Of a DNA stretch of 64,000 bases, positions 1-12,156 are shown piece by piece; positions within the stretch are counted from its first letter, which is position 1; each line of letters opens with the position of its first letter. This DNA is from Octopus sinensis (taxonomy: Eukaryota). Made by a program: the position numbers and the translations under genes. The DNA is taken from positions 60,636,001 through 60,700,000 of the forward strand of contig NC_043009.1 in NCBI RefSeq assembly GCF_006345805.1, written 5' to 3'. Under the pieces are notes generated by a model, which was not told the origin of the DNA, ran no database searches, and saw only the letters and a program-made list of their open reading frames with translations.

Positions 1-673
1 CCACATAGGGGAGGGTGTGTTACTGTAGCTTTAAAGCCCCAAGAGATCGTCGTCTCTAGCTGGCTTTAGACACCATATCAGTGCCCTTGAAGTATTTGCA
101 AAGGGAGGCCATCCCTTCCTCGCAAGCCTGAGTGATACACTCGGACTAGTTTCGGGATTTTTGTCCCTTGTCAACGGGCGGTAACCACCAGGTTGCGATG
201 AAAGTGAAGGCCTCCTTGCAAAATATATGAGAGTTTTTCTAGTGGCGTCTGCCACTGATTTCGAAAAACTAACAGTAAGCATAATTAAATCTCAGAATGA
301 GATTGAAACAGTAATCGCTCGATAATGTAAAGTATAGAAGCCATCTTATCATGGCTAACCACATTGGGGAGGGGGTGTTACTGTAGCTTTATAGCCCCAA
401 GAGATCGTCGTCTCTAGCTGGCTTTAGACACCATGTCAGTGCGCTTGAAGTATTTGCAAAGGGAGGCCATCCCACCCCCTCCCCTATGTGGTTAGCCATG
501 ATAAGAAGGCCTCTATACTTTACATTATCGAGCGATTACTGTTTCAATCTCATTCTGAGATTTAATTATGCTTACTAAAGCCAGCTAGAGACGACGATCT
601 CTTGGGGCTATAAAGCTACAGTAACACCCCCTCCCCAATGTGGTTAGCCATGATAAGATGGCTTCTATACTTT
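1..673 (-). mobile_element. Penelope-like pseudo-LTR complex (tandem plus inverted copies), truncated by the window edge
   Basis: Direct repeat with period ~358 bp (ccaca.. at 1 and 359). Segments ~474-575 and ~575-673 are reverse complements of upstream parts. It carries an HHR at 138-180 and ends in (TA)n. Confidence 0.7.
138..180 (-). ncRNA. Minimal type I hammerhead ribozyme, U3:A8 core variant
   Basis: Minus strand reads CGCCCG-UUGACAA-GGGA-caaaaa-UCCC-GAAA-CUAG-UC-CGAGUG. Stem II is perfect and stem III is the palindrome ACUAGU. Confidence 0.7.
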
Positions 674-675
674 AT

Positions 676-677
676 GT

Positions 678-752
<75 letters not shown>

Positions 753-790
753 GTATGTATATATATATATACATATATATATATGTATAT

Positions 791-822
<32 letters not shown>

Positions 823-875
823 CTATATATATATAGTATGTATGTATGTATGTATATATGTATGTATGTATATAT
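676..875. repeat. (TA)n/(TATG)n microsatellite
   Basis: Direct reading. Confidence 0.95.
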
Positions 876-1080
876 AGTTAATCCAAACAAGAAAACACAA
901 AAAAACACAACAATGCGAGGACGTGGAACAAATATAGTATTATTGAACGCTCAGGAAAGAAGGAAAGAAGGAGGGCTTAACGTTTCGAGCGGAGCTCTTC
1001 GTCGGAAACATCAGAGAAGGGAAGACAGAGGAAAAAAATCGCCAACGGTACACACGAGGTCACATTTTGAAAGACACGCA
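876..1080 (-). mobile_element. Penelope pLTR-type fragment with HHR-like motif (975-1009)
   Basis: Minus strand reads GUUU-CCGACGA-A-GAGC-ucc-GCUC-GAAA-CG-UU-AAGC. It shares the TTCCTGAGCG..TAATAC motif with the 19.5-20.3 kb and 53.6 kb copies and is flanked by (TA)n. Confidence 0.55.
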
Positions 1081-1664
1081 TAGTTATGTATATATACATA
1101 CATACATATTTACTCTGTGCTGTACTTTCTGTAACTCAATAAAAGTACATTGACTCACGCATCAGTGATTTATCGACCCTTGCATTTTTTTTACCTCTTT
1201 CTATTTTAAGGTTGATTCGAATAAGTTGGTCATATTACCTGGCATAACCTCTCCACTTGTTATATATGCGAGCAATGTAGGTCACACTCGACAATTAGAC
1301 ATAGAGCTCAGGCATTATCTGTAAGAGTGACAACTTCCCTTTCAATAATTTAAGCTGGAAAGACGGGATGTAACGGTAACAGTAGCAGCCTGAAAGTTAG
1401 GATAGCCAGTATTTTGTTTTGACTACAGTTTCTGGGCACTGTTGTACTGTTTGTTTTGAAAGTCAAGGTGCGCGAACATGAGAAAATGTAGATAAGATAC
1501 GAACACACGCACACACACACACACCACACACACACACACACACACATACGTAGTACATACGTAACTACATATTCATTTATGGATACACACACATATCCAC
1601 ACACACATATCCACACACACACATCGCTGCAAAAGAACAAAAAGAAGCAGGTTAAGTCCACAAT

Positions 1665-1673
1665 CAAAATAAC

Positions 1674-1720
<47 letters not shown>

Positions 1721-1814
1721 CAACAACAATAATGATAAATAATAATAATAATAATAATAACAACAACAATAATAAATAATAATAATAAAAACAACAACAA
1801 TAATAATAAATAAC

Positions 1815-1870
<56 letters not shown>

Positions 1871-1885
1871 TAATAATAATAATAT
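1665..1885. repeat. (AAT)n/(AAC)n microsatellite
   Basis: Direct reading. Confidence 0.95.
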
Positions 1886-1889
1886 TAAT

Positions 1890-2081
1890 ATTTTTCAGTT
1901 CTATATTTAAGAGATGAGGAATTGTGTACATTATTTATGTTACTTACATTCGACGGATTTTTGTCCTCATCTTGTTTGTTGTTAACACAACCTTTCGGCT
2001 GATATACCCTCCAGCCTTCATCAGGTGTCTTGGGGAAATTTCGAACCTGGGTTCTCAATCCTAAGGTATTCTGCGATGCTA

Positions 2082-2151
<70 letters not shown>

Positions 2152-2236
2152 TCACATATTATTATTCAGGTTAACAACAAACAAGATGAGGTCAAATATC
2201 CGTCGAATGTAAATATTGTAAATAATGTAAATAATA
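1890..2236 (-). mobile_element. Penelope pLTR-type fragment in ATT microsatellite, with HHR (1984-2029) and an inverted partial copy (~2170-2235)
   Basis: Minus strand reads GACAC-CUGAUGA-A-GGCUG-loop-CAGCC-GAAA-GG-UU-GUGUU. Bases 2170-2215 are the reverse complement of ~1942-1986. Confidence 0.65.
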
Positions 2237-2366
2237 TTTTTCTCTGGGACTTTGCGTGTACATACCGACAAAACTATAAAAGCTCATAAACCGGATATTA
2301 TTATAAAAGGTCAGACAGAAAAGGTGTGTTTATTAATTGACATGAGTATTCCTTGCGTTCATAAGT
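2237..2366 (+). mobile_element. R4/Dong-like non-LTR retrotransposon restriction-like endonuclease fragment
   Basis: Translation WDF/RVHTDKTIKAHKPDIIIKGQTEKVCLLIDMSIP has the PD..D RLE motif. Confidence 0.75.
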
Positions 2367-2652
2367 ATTCCTTGCGATTAAATAAGTACCAGTTACGCAC
2401 TGGGGTCGATATAATCGACTTAATCCGTTCGTCTGCCCTTGTTTGTCCTCTCTGTGTTTAGCCCCTGTGGGTAGTAAAGAAATAGGTATTTCGTCTGTCT
2501 TTATGTTATGAGTTCAAATCCCGCCTAGGTCGACTTTGCCTTTCATCATTTCGGTGTCGATAAATTAAGTACCAGTTGTGTACTGGGGTCGATCTAATCG
2601 ACTGGCCCCTTCCCCCAAAATATCGGGCCTTGTGTCTAGAGTAGAAAACAAT

Positions 2653-3385
2653 ATTTATACGTGCAATAACTGCAAAATTCAACATTAGGGAGAAAAAAAT
2701 TCTTGCCTTGAACGCATGGTATATATATATATATATATATATATAGGAGCACTCCGTCGGTTACGACGATGAGGGTCCCAGCTGATACGATCAACGGAAC
2801 AGCCTTCTCGTGGAATTAACGTGCAAGTGGCTGAGCACTCCACAGACACGTGTACCCTTAACGTAGTTCTCGAGGAGATTCAGCGTGACACAGAGTGTGA
2901 CAAGGCTGGCCCTTTGAAATACAGGTACAACAGAAACAGGAAGAAAGAGTGAGAGAAAGTTGTGGTGAAAGAGTACAGCAGGGTTCACCATCACCCCCTG
3001 CAGGAACCTCGTGAAGCTTTAGCTGTTTTCGCTCAATAAACACTGACAATGCCTGGTCTGCGAATCGAAACCGCAATCCTACGACCGCGAGTCCGCTGCC
3101 CTAACTACTGGGCCATTGCGCCTCCACGAACGCATGGTAGTGCACGGAACAATTAGAGATGATGATTCATTTCAAATGGTTAACTCAGCTTTGAAAGATT
3201 TTGATTTACCATATGAAGAAATTATTGGTTTTGCTATAGATGGCGCTCCATCTATGGTAGGTCGTGAAAAAGGGTTCGTACCTCTGATTAAGAATGAATT
3301 TAAGAAGCGTCTTTTTGGATCCAAAAACTTTGTGTGTTACTGCTTTATTCATATAGAAAGCTTATGCGCAAAATCTCTCAAGATT
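2653..3385 (+). mobile_element. hAT transposase pseudogene fragment split by a SINE
   Basis: FIRAITAKFNIREK.. continues after the SINE as HGTIRDDDSF..IIGFAIDGAPSMVG..CYCFIHIESLCAKSL (hAT DGA and CxxH motifs). Confidence 0.8.
2748..3127 (-). mobile_element. tRNA-derived SINE family C (tRNA-Arg-like head), full length
   Basis: A/B-box head GGCCCAGTAGTTAGG..GGTTTCGATTC. A 12-bp TSD GAACGCATGGTA lies at 2710-2721 and 3128-3139. A near-identical copy is at 37466-37832. Confidence 0.85.
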
Positions 3386-3548
3386 TTTTTACCGATGACC
3401 AGAGTTCCTTCGAGAATGACGTCGCTCTTGCCCACCACTAATTCTCGTCTGAGCGACAAGGTGGACCGTTCACTGACCACGTTACCCAACTGTCTGGGAT
3501 CTGTGAGCGCCTAAAGGCATTCAATAATAATGAATTTTATTGTAGCTG

Positions 3549-3647
<99 letters not shown>

Positions 3648-3930
3648 ACACACACATCGAGACAAGCTACAAATAAAGGTCTTTACATATTCTTTTATTG
3701 TTTCAAATTTGACTTACAACCTGTTTCCGATAATCATTACAAGTTCGTTCGTTCATTGATCGGTTTACTCAATGAACCACTTGACTGGTTGAGAAAAAGT
3801 GAACGACATTACAGAACTATCTTTTCTTTAGAATGTTCTGATTCCGACGAAGATAGCATTAGTTCTTTAATGCCGTTCGCTTTTTCTCAACTTATCGATG
3901 ATAATGATTATCAGAAAAAAAGCTGTAATA

Positions 3931-4294
3931 AAGGCGTCGAGCTGGCAGAAACGTTAGCACACCGGGCGAAATGCTTAGCGGTAATTCGTCTGTCGTTACG
4001 TTCTGAGTTCAAATTCTGCCGAGGTCGACGTTGCCTTTCATCCTTTCGGGATCGATAAATTAAGTACCAGCCCCTCTATGTTTAGCCCCTTGTGGGTAGT
4101 AAAGAAATAAGTATTTCGTCTGCCGTTATGTTCTGAGTTCAAATTCCACCGAGGTCGACTTTGCCTTTCATCCTTTCGATATCGATAAATTAAGAACCAG
4201 TTATGCACTGAGGTCGATGTAATCGACTTAATGCGTTTGTCTGTCCTTGTTTGTCCCTTCTATGTTTAGCCCCTTGTGGGCAATAACGAAATAA
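3931..4294 (+). mobile_element. SINE family A (Nin/Deu-like central domain), dimeric body
   Basis: Head aaggcg.cgagctggcagaaacgttagc, B box gagttcaaatt, core gtcgactttgcctttcatcctttcggggtcgataaattaagtaccag. The body is duplicated. Confidence 0.85.
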
Positions 4295-4536
4295 GAAAAA
4301 AAAGCTGTAAGAATAAAGCTGCAACAATAAAGAATATGCAAGGACCATTTATATGGTTCAAGGACCATTTTTCTGTAAAAGATCTGTATAACTGGGAATA
4401 CAACAATGGATTACAATATAGAGTGCTGATGAACTCGGACCCTGTCATAAGCATATACAGATTTCTTTTACTAATGTAAAAATTTTGTTACCTTGGTGTA
4501 TTTGTATTAACAGGGAGCTTATAAAGTATATATATA

Positions 4537-4758
4537 TATTTCTTTACTACCCACAAGGGGCTAAACATAGAGGGGACAAACAAGGACAGACAAAGGGATT
4601 AAGTCGATTACATCGACCCCAGTGGGTAACTGGTACTTAATTTATCGCCCCCAAAAGGATGAAAGGCAAAGTCGACCACGGCGGAATTTGAACTCGGAAC
4701 ATAACGGCAGACGAAATACAGCTACGCATTTCGCCCGGCGTGCTAACGTTTCTGCCAG
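4537..4758 (-). mobile_element. SINE family A copy
   Basis: Reverse complement of the family A consensus. Confidence 0.8.
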
Positions 4759-4950
4759 TGTGTGTGTGTGTGTGTGTGTGCGGTGTGTGTGTGTGCGTGT
4801 GTGTGTTTGTGTGTGGTAAGAAGTCTATAAAACTATTATATAATCACATGGCATACCTCCTGACCTTAACGTTTTAGATACATACTGTAGATGTGTCATT
4901 AGATTTATTTTACTGGGATACTCATGAGAGATATAAACCTTTGTACTTTG

Positions 4951-5296
4951 ATAGTTAAACAATTTTCCATAGTAACAACATCATAACATGCTCGACTGAT
5001 AACCTCTACTTTTCGAATACAAACAGGTGAAATATCTAAAATAGCACCAACATGAAGCAAAGAAAACCATCGAAAACTTAATCACTTATTTACATTCTTT
5101 TGTGAAGCCTAAGCTGCTTGTCTACAAGCAGCTTTAAGGCTTCACAAAAGAATGTAAATAAGTGATTAAGTTTTCGATGGTTTTCTTTGCTTCATGTTGG
5201 TGCTATTTTAGATATTTCACCTGTTTGTATTCGAAAAGTAGAGGTTATCAGTCGAGCATGTTATGATGTTGTTACTATGGAAAATTGTTTAACTAT
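4951..5296. repeat. 346-bp near-perfect palindrome (fold-back)
   Basis: Arms of ~171 bp, 2-nt loop (ct at 5122-5123) and one 2-nt bulge. Confidence 0.95.
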
Positions 5297-5568
5297 ATAA
5301 GGGCTTTAGCCGAATGAATCAAATCCGTTACTTACTTTAATAATTTTTCGTAAAAGCTGGGCATATTCCATCGTTCTCTTTTGCTGAACTGCTAAGCTAC
5401 GTGAACGTAAAAACAACAATAACGGATGTCACGCAGGGGAGGGGTACAAATGCACACACACACACACATACATACATACATGCATACATACATACATACA
5501 TACATACATACATACATACTCATACATACATACATACATACATACATATACACACACGTATATATATA

Positions 5569-5610
<42 letters not shown>

Positions 5611-5628
5611 ACATAGATACATAGATAC

Positions 5629-5691
<63 letters not shown>

Positions 5692-5855
5692 GATACATAT
5701 ATATATCTACATCAAGATTAATCAGCCGAAATTGCTAAGATGATCTGGTTCTTGACTGATGACTGAGGGCTTCGAATGTCCCGTCCTGTGGTTCTTGTGT
5801 CGTCTCTGTGGTGTTTCATGTTCTTGTCCATGTCTGTAATTATTTTTACTGTTTA

Positions 5856-5925
<70 letters not shown>

Positions 5926-5929
5926 CATA

Positions 5930-5996
<67 letters not shown>

Positions 5997-6373
5997 ATAA
6001 AATAGTGTACATTTAAACACAAGAGAAACTGCCTTCTACAAGCAGTTTTACACGCTAGAAGTAGTCAAAACGACCAAAACCACATTTAAGAGCAATCTTC
6101 AAAAGGAATGAAAAATAAACACTTTTACTTTGTTATTTTATTCCGGTCAGACCTAGGCTTCAAATTTTTTTTAGCAAATAAAATAATTTGCTTGGCGAAT
6201 TTCTCATCAGTGACCGCCCCATAACACTAACATATAATTAAGAGATGAATAACACGTGTCTCATCGTTATAATATGACAACAGTACGGATAACGTACTTA
6301 CAAGACCTTCTATATACATATATATATATATATATATAGGTGAGAAAGTTGGTGTGTGAAAGCACGTGGTTGG

Positions 6374-6646
6374 ATGTATGAAAAATAGAAAGGAGTGAAA
6401 AAACTACAGAAGGCTTGTTTTGTAAGGTTAAAGAATAAGTCGTTATGTTAGAAAAATGTTAGAAAATTTTGTGTATTGTAACATAGTTTTTGGAGAAAAG
6501 TTTACACGAAACCGGTTATTTCTCCAAAAACTATGTTACTATACACAAAATTCTAAAACATTTTTTTAACATAACGACTTAAATATATTCTTTAACCTTA
6601 TAAAAGAAGCTTCTGTAGTTTTTTCACTCTTTTCTATTTTATACAT
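6374..6646. repeat. Inverted repeat (~125-bp arms) with an HHR remnant (GAAACCGGTT) in the loop
   Basis: 6374-6498 is the imperfect reverse complement of 6520-6646. Confidence 0.8.
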
Positions 6647-6647
6647 A

Positions 6648-6976
6648 TACTCTTTTACTCTTTTACTTGTTTCAGTCATTTGACTGCGGCCATGCTGGAG
6701 CACCGCCTTTAATCGAGCAACTCGACCCCCGGGACTTATTCTTTTGTAAGCCCAGTACTTATTCAATCGATCTCTTTTGCCGAACCGCTAAGTAACGGGG
6801 ACATAAACACACCAGCATCGGTTGTCAAGCAATGCTAGGGGGACAAACACAGACACACAAACACATATATATATATATACATATATACGACGAGCTTCTT
6901 TCAGTTTCCGTCTACCAAATCCACTCACAAGGCATTGGTCGGCCCAAGGCTATAGTAGAAGACACTTGCCCAAGGT
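6648..6976 (-). mobile_element. SINE family B (central microsatellite), 5'-truncated
   Basis: Matches the full copy at 39861-40272 and has an (AAAAGAGT)n tail. Confidence 0.85.
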
Positions 6977-7504
6977 GATATATATATAATATATATATTA
7001 TATATATATATATATATATGTATATATGCATACACACGCGCACACAGAGAAAGAAAGAAAGAAAGAGCAACACCGTGAGTTTTCCAAAGTGTACAAGTCC
7101 CTGGTGACTTCGATCCTTCTGTATGTGGGAGCTGGATCCTTGCAGCTGACACAGAGTCCAGATATTTGAGCACGAGTGCTTTGTATGGCAGCAATTCAAC
7201 AAATAAGCTGGCTGACAAGTGCCACTCTTTGCTCGGATAAAAAGACGAAAGCTTGTCCGGCACGGTCACGTATCCCGCCACAACTCCCTGTCCAAAACCG
7301 TCTTTCAAGGTACAGTTGGGCATTTTTCTGTACCAGCCAACTGCAACTTTGTCGCTCACACAATCCTAACATCTCTAAAGTAACAGACAGCCATTCAAAA
7401 TGTGATTCTCCAATTCTCTTTTGATCTGTCTATCTGTCTGTCTATCTCTGTCTCTCTCTCTCTTCCTCTTTCTTGCTTTCTCTCTTCTTAATCCTTGCAC
7501 GTCT

Positions 7505-8986
7505 TAATGACCATCAGCACGGCTTCCGCAGAGCTAGCTTTGCTGGAAACCTACACTCACTAGGAGGCCTCTTGCTTATAGAAATAGAAAAGTACAGTGT
7601 AAACATTGTTATCTCCCTAGATATCACAAAAGTCTTCGACCGTGTCTGACACACGAATCTCCTATCAAAACCTGAATACTTCGAACCATTTCTCATCATT
7701 TTGATCAGTGGTTGTTTCTCTTTTGTTTATTTGTTTGTTTGTTTTTAATCAGGTCACGTCCTCGCAGCAGTTCAAAGAACTCTTTCTGTTTCATTCTCAA
7801 GCGAAATCGGCGTTCGGTTTCCAAGGTTCGGTTCTGTTCCCTTATCCCTTTCCTTCTTATACATCAACTAGCAGTATCGCCCGGCGTTGCTCGGGTTTGC
7901 TTCGACCCTTTAGAATTGGAATTTTTGAAAAGTAAACATTTTGCATTATGTAGCTTGTTATTCTCTTTAAGTGAACATACACTGAAAAATGGTGACACAA
8001 CAGTCAAAAAATCGTAAAAAATAGGGATTTTCATAGAAAAAAAGCATCTTTTTTATGTAAATAATTTTTGGTGTTAACATGGTCCGATTTGAATTTTTTC
8101 TTCTAAGGAATGAAGAGCAAGCCTTCTTCTATCATACTCTCAATTTTGGTCAACTTGCGCCGCAGGATCTCGGAGGAGATAAGTGTTAGTTGAAGGCTGC
8201 CAAACCTTCCATACACAGACAAATTCAGCTTTATATAGAGAGAGATAATATACTTGCCCCCACGACCTATAACGTTCACTCACCCTTATGTAAATTATAG
8301 ACCTTTTATTCGTCCCTAATCTCCTCCAACCATGAATCATCTACTCGAAGCCTGCACCACGCATAAAACCTGTACAGATTTCATGAATGGAGACTTTCAG
8401 AGCACCCTTCTCTCTCCTTGGAGAGCATGTCCATCTTGTCCCCTTTAACAGCAAAATATCTCTATCGCCACTCGGATTGAGAAATGGGTGGCACTACAAC
8501 CTCCTAAACATAAACAACACTCGTTCAGACCCCTCGGGATCACTGCAAATGTTGTGCCTCATTGGCAAAAGCACATCGTTTACAAAGATTAGAACTTCTC
8601 TTCAAAGACAGAAGATATTTCATCTCCCAACAGTTGCTGACACTTCAAAGCTCGAGCGGGGCCCACAACGTAATACTTCTCACATAATTGATACGGTGCT
8701 CTCTTCTTCCTCTTTTCTACTGGTCTCTGTTACTCGGAATTGGCTGATCTTGGATATCCTCCACTCAGACGATTCTGTCACAGAATCATATGTCCACATT
8801 TCGTCACCTTCATATCCTCCTCCAGGCCCAACTCAAACCCCCCCCCCACTCGCCACCAGTCTCACCCGCCACCAGCCCAGAACATCGACCCTCTGGAATT
8901 CCCAACCCGCTGATGTCTTTAGTGCAGGTGCAGACTTGCAACAATTTAAACGTGAAATTAACGGCATCAAACACAATAGTCCCTGA
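7505..8986 (+). mobile_element. Degenerate CR1/L2/Jockey-group LINE ORF2 (RT and C-terminus), interrupted by a Helitron
   Basis: NDHQHGFRR..VISLDITKVFDRV*H at 7507-7670 and RTSTLWNSQPADVF..LQQFKREIN at ~8880-8965. Confidence 0.7.
7868..8245 (-). mobile_element. Non-autonomous Helitron copy 1
   Basis: Minus strand starts TC and ends cccgagcaacgccgggcgatactgCTAG (hairpin plus CTAG). It is inserted between A and T. Confidence 0.8.
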
Positions 8987-9021
8987 GAGACTTCAAAAGT
9001 GATGGACACTACCTTTCTATG

Positions 9022-9428
9022 AAGGCGGCGAGCTGGCAGAAACGTTAGCACGCCGGGCGAAATGTTTAGCGGTATTTCGTCTGCCCCGTTACGTTCTGAG
9101 TTCAAATTCCGCCGAGGTCCACTTTGCTTTCCATCCTTTCGGAGACGATTAAATAAGTACCAGTTACGCACTGGGGTCGATATAATCGACTTAATCCGTT
9201 TGTCTGTCCTTGTTTGTCTCCTCTATGTTTAGCCCCTTGTGGGTAATAAAGAAGTAGGTATTTCGTCTTCCGTTTCAAATTCCGCCGAGGTCGACTTTGC
9301 TTTCCATCCTTTCGGAGTCGATTAAATAAGTACCAGTTACGCACTGGGGTCGATATAATCGACTTAATCCTTTTGTCTGTCCTTGTGTGTCCTCTCTGTG
9401 TTTAGCCCCTTGTGGGTAGTAAAGAAAA
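9022..9428 (+). mobile_element. SINE family A, dimeric body
   Basis: Family A consensus with a second body unit from ~9257. Confidence 0.85.
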
Positions 9429-9620
9429 GGGACACTACCTTTCCTTCATATTAGGAAGGGAGAGAGAGACAGACAGATAGAGACAGAAGCAAAAAGACAG
9501 ACAGACAGACAGACAGAGAAAGAGAGTAAACGGTAGGCACACATATTAAAATAGAATATATATCTAGGCTGGAGAGAATTATGTTTTCTGAGATAAACGC
9601 TAGTTAAATATACATATATA

Positions 9621-9930
9621 ACGTGGCTTAATGGTTAGGGTGTTCGGCCGACGATCGTCATGAGTTCGATACCCGGCCTCGCATTGTGTTCTTGAGCAAG
9701 ACACTTTATTTCACGTTGCTCCAGTCCACTCACCTCGCAAAAATTAGTTGGACCTGCATTTCAAGGGACCAGCCTTGTTACATCCTGCGGCGCGCTGAAT
9801 CTTCCCAAGAACTACGTTAGGGGTACGCATGTCCGTGGTGTGCTCAGTCACTGGCACGTTAATATCAGGAAAAGGCTGTTTCGTTGGTTGGATCAACTGG
9901 AACGCTCGTCTTCGTAACTGACGGAGTACC
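9621..9930 (+). mobile_element. Chimeric SINE (family D head, family C tail)
   Basis: ttgagcaagacactttatttcacgttgctccagtccactc is followed by the family C 3' region. Confidence 0.7.
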
Positions 9931-10710
9931 AACAAAGCGAATACCAACAAGCGAATATGTATATATATTTATTCGTGGTAACCTGCCAAGCAAATGTAAA
10001 CCCATAAACAGGCAGCTTACTTTTAACAGCAATTACATAACACCAGACAGAATGGCGTCAACATAAATGCAACGTCATCAACTAGTGTATCTACTTCATT
10101 AACATAAAGTGCCTACGTCATCACTTTCCTAAACCAATCAGTAATCCAAATTGAATGCTACATCAACGAGCGTGGCTGTTAATACGTGGTATCGTGGACG
10201 ATCCTACCAACTGCAATTGTTGACACTGGTTGTCCATCTTGCAGTTTATAGGGGGCAGCACCAAGTCGTAGAGTATGTACCAGAGATATGACGAAAGTAT
10301 CCCTTTTCATATTGTTTCTACCAACTGGCATGCAGTGGTAGTTATAGCAGGCGATGGACATCAGACCAACTATTAAATATCAGGACAAGACTATGGTGGA
10401 CAATAGACCTGCCAGCAAAGACGACACACAATCATTCATTTATACACAGCTTTTAGCTGCAGCCTAGACACCACCTTACACAACGGAAAGCATCATAATT
10501 ACAATATTCTAAAAATAGAAAAGCTGCGACAGGACTTAGACATGAACTCTCGTGTGCTCCTCAAATTACATTTTACCAATATCTCAGAACGCAACGGTTT
10601 TATAACCAACAATTTTTTTTTCAATGATACCAAAATCTCCTAACAGTATGCAGGGTTACTTCCCCACACCGTTTAGAAGCACTACATACACACATACACA
10701 TAAATATATA

Positions 10711-11946
10711 TTAGGTTGTCAAGAAGGTTCTTGCGGAATGTCTAATTTGATTTTAAATGATGTATTTTCAAATTAATTTTCGTTAAATTAGTTTGACTTT
10801 ATATATCATTTTAAAGCCCGCTTTTCGCTCTATCTCATCGTATTACTCTTTTTCTTTTTGAATAATTAGGCCATTTTTTTTCTGGAACGTTGAATACAAC
10901 ATGGACAAAAAGCATATTCGCACAATTTTCTCATTCCAGTTCAAGCTAAGCCGAAAAGCTGCTGAAACAGCTTGCGATATCAACGAGGCGTTTGGCCCAG
11001 GAACCACTAATGAACATACAGCACAATGGTGGTTCAAGAAATTTCGTAGCGTTGACGAAAGTCTTGAAGATAAGCGTAGTGGTGGCTATCGGACGTTGAC
11101 AACGAGCCTTGGTGGAAGCCAATCCACGCACAACTGTTCGAGAGCTTGCTTCTGAATTAGACGTAACGTATACGACAATTTCCAACCACATGAGATAGAT
11201 TGGAAAAACAAAAATACTTGAGAAATGGGTGCCACACGAATTGAACGACAAAAAAATAAACGCCGTTTCGAAGTGTCGTCTTCCCTTCTTTTACGCAACA
11301 AGATCGACCCGTTTCTCGGCTGGATTTTGACTTGCAATGAAAAGTGGATTTTTTACGACAACCGGCGACGCTCAGCTCAGTGGTTGGACTCTGACGAAGC
11401 TCCACAGCACTTCCCGAAGCCAAAGTTGCACCAAAAGAAGGTCATTGTGACTGTTTGGTGGTCTGCAGCCAGTCTCATTCATCACAGCTTTTCGGATCCA
11501 GGCGAAACCATTACAGCGGAGAAATACTGTCAGCAAATGGAAGAAATGCATAAGAAACTCCGACAACAGTCAGTATTGGTCAACAGAAAAGGACCAATTC
11601 TTCCCCTTGACAACGCTCGGCCACATGTCGCACATCTGACACTGCAGAAGTTGAACGAATTGGGCTACGAAACTCTGCCTCATCCGCCATATTCACCAGA
11701 CCTCTCGCATACCGACTACCACTTTTTCAAGCATCTTGACAACTTCCTGCGTGAGAAATGCTTCAAAAACCAAAGCGATGCTAAACACGCCTTCAACAAC
11801 TTCATCGCCACCAAACTTGTTTCGCGTTGGCAAAAGTGTGTTGATTCGGATGGTGTTTATTTCGATTAATAAAGTTTTGTTTGAGCCGAGATATGTGCAT
11901 CTGAATTTAGAGGTTAAAAACCGCTAGAACTTTCTTGGCAACCTAA
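10711..11946 (+). mobile_element. Full-length defective mariner transposon (cecropia/Hsmar1-like)
   Basis: 26-bp TIRs ttaggttgtcaagaaggttcttgcgg / ccgctagaactttcttggcaacctaa with TA TSDs. Confidence 0.92.
10901..11869 (+). pseudogene. Frameshifted mariner DD34D transposase
   Basis: MDKKHIRTIF..QWWFKKF, WVPHEL, TCNEKW (first catalytic D changed to N), DNARPH, PYSPDLSHTDYHFF. It is split across frames. Confidence 0.9.
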
Positions 11947-12094
11947 TATAATTCAATTCTGGAACGGAGAAAGCCGAAGCTATGAATAATAATATGAAAA
12001 TATTGAATTAAAAAAATTTTGGCGTTGAAAAAGTTGAAGGTTTGCACGTGGAACGTCAATAATACACACACACACAGACACAGACACACACACA

Positions 12095-12156
<62 letters not shown>

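Noticed and set aside
640-1083. Many ORFs rich in YI/CV/HT/LLL/III runs (also 1350-1931, 17928-18746, 25463-25866, 35338-35725, 55659-56053)
   Set aside because: They are translations of microsatellites, not genes.
3040-3127. tRNA gene
   Set aside because: It is the tRNA-derived head of a multicopy SINE with a TSD and has no complete cloverleaf.
5745-5785. CTGATGA..CGAATGTC hammerhead-like string
   Set aside because: Lacks GAAA and consistent stems.
11225-11869. Possible host SETMAR gene
   Set aside because: No SET domain; it is enclosed by TIRs and TA TSDs and is frameshifted, so it is a transposon copy.
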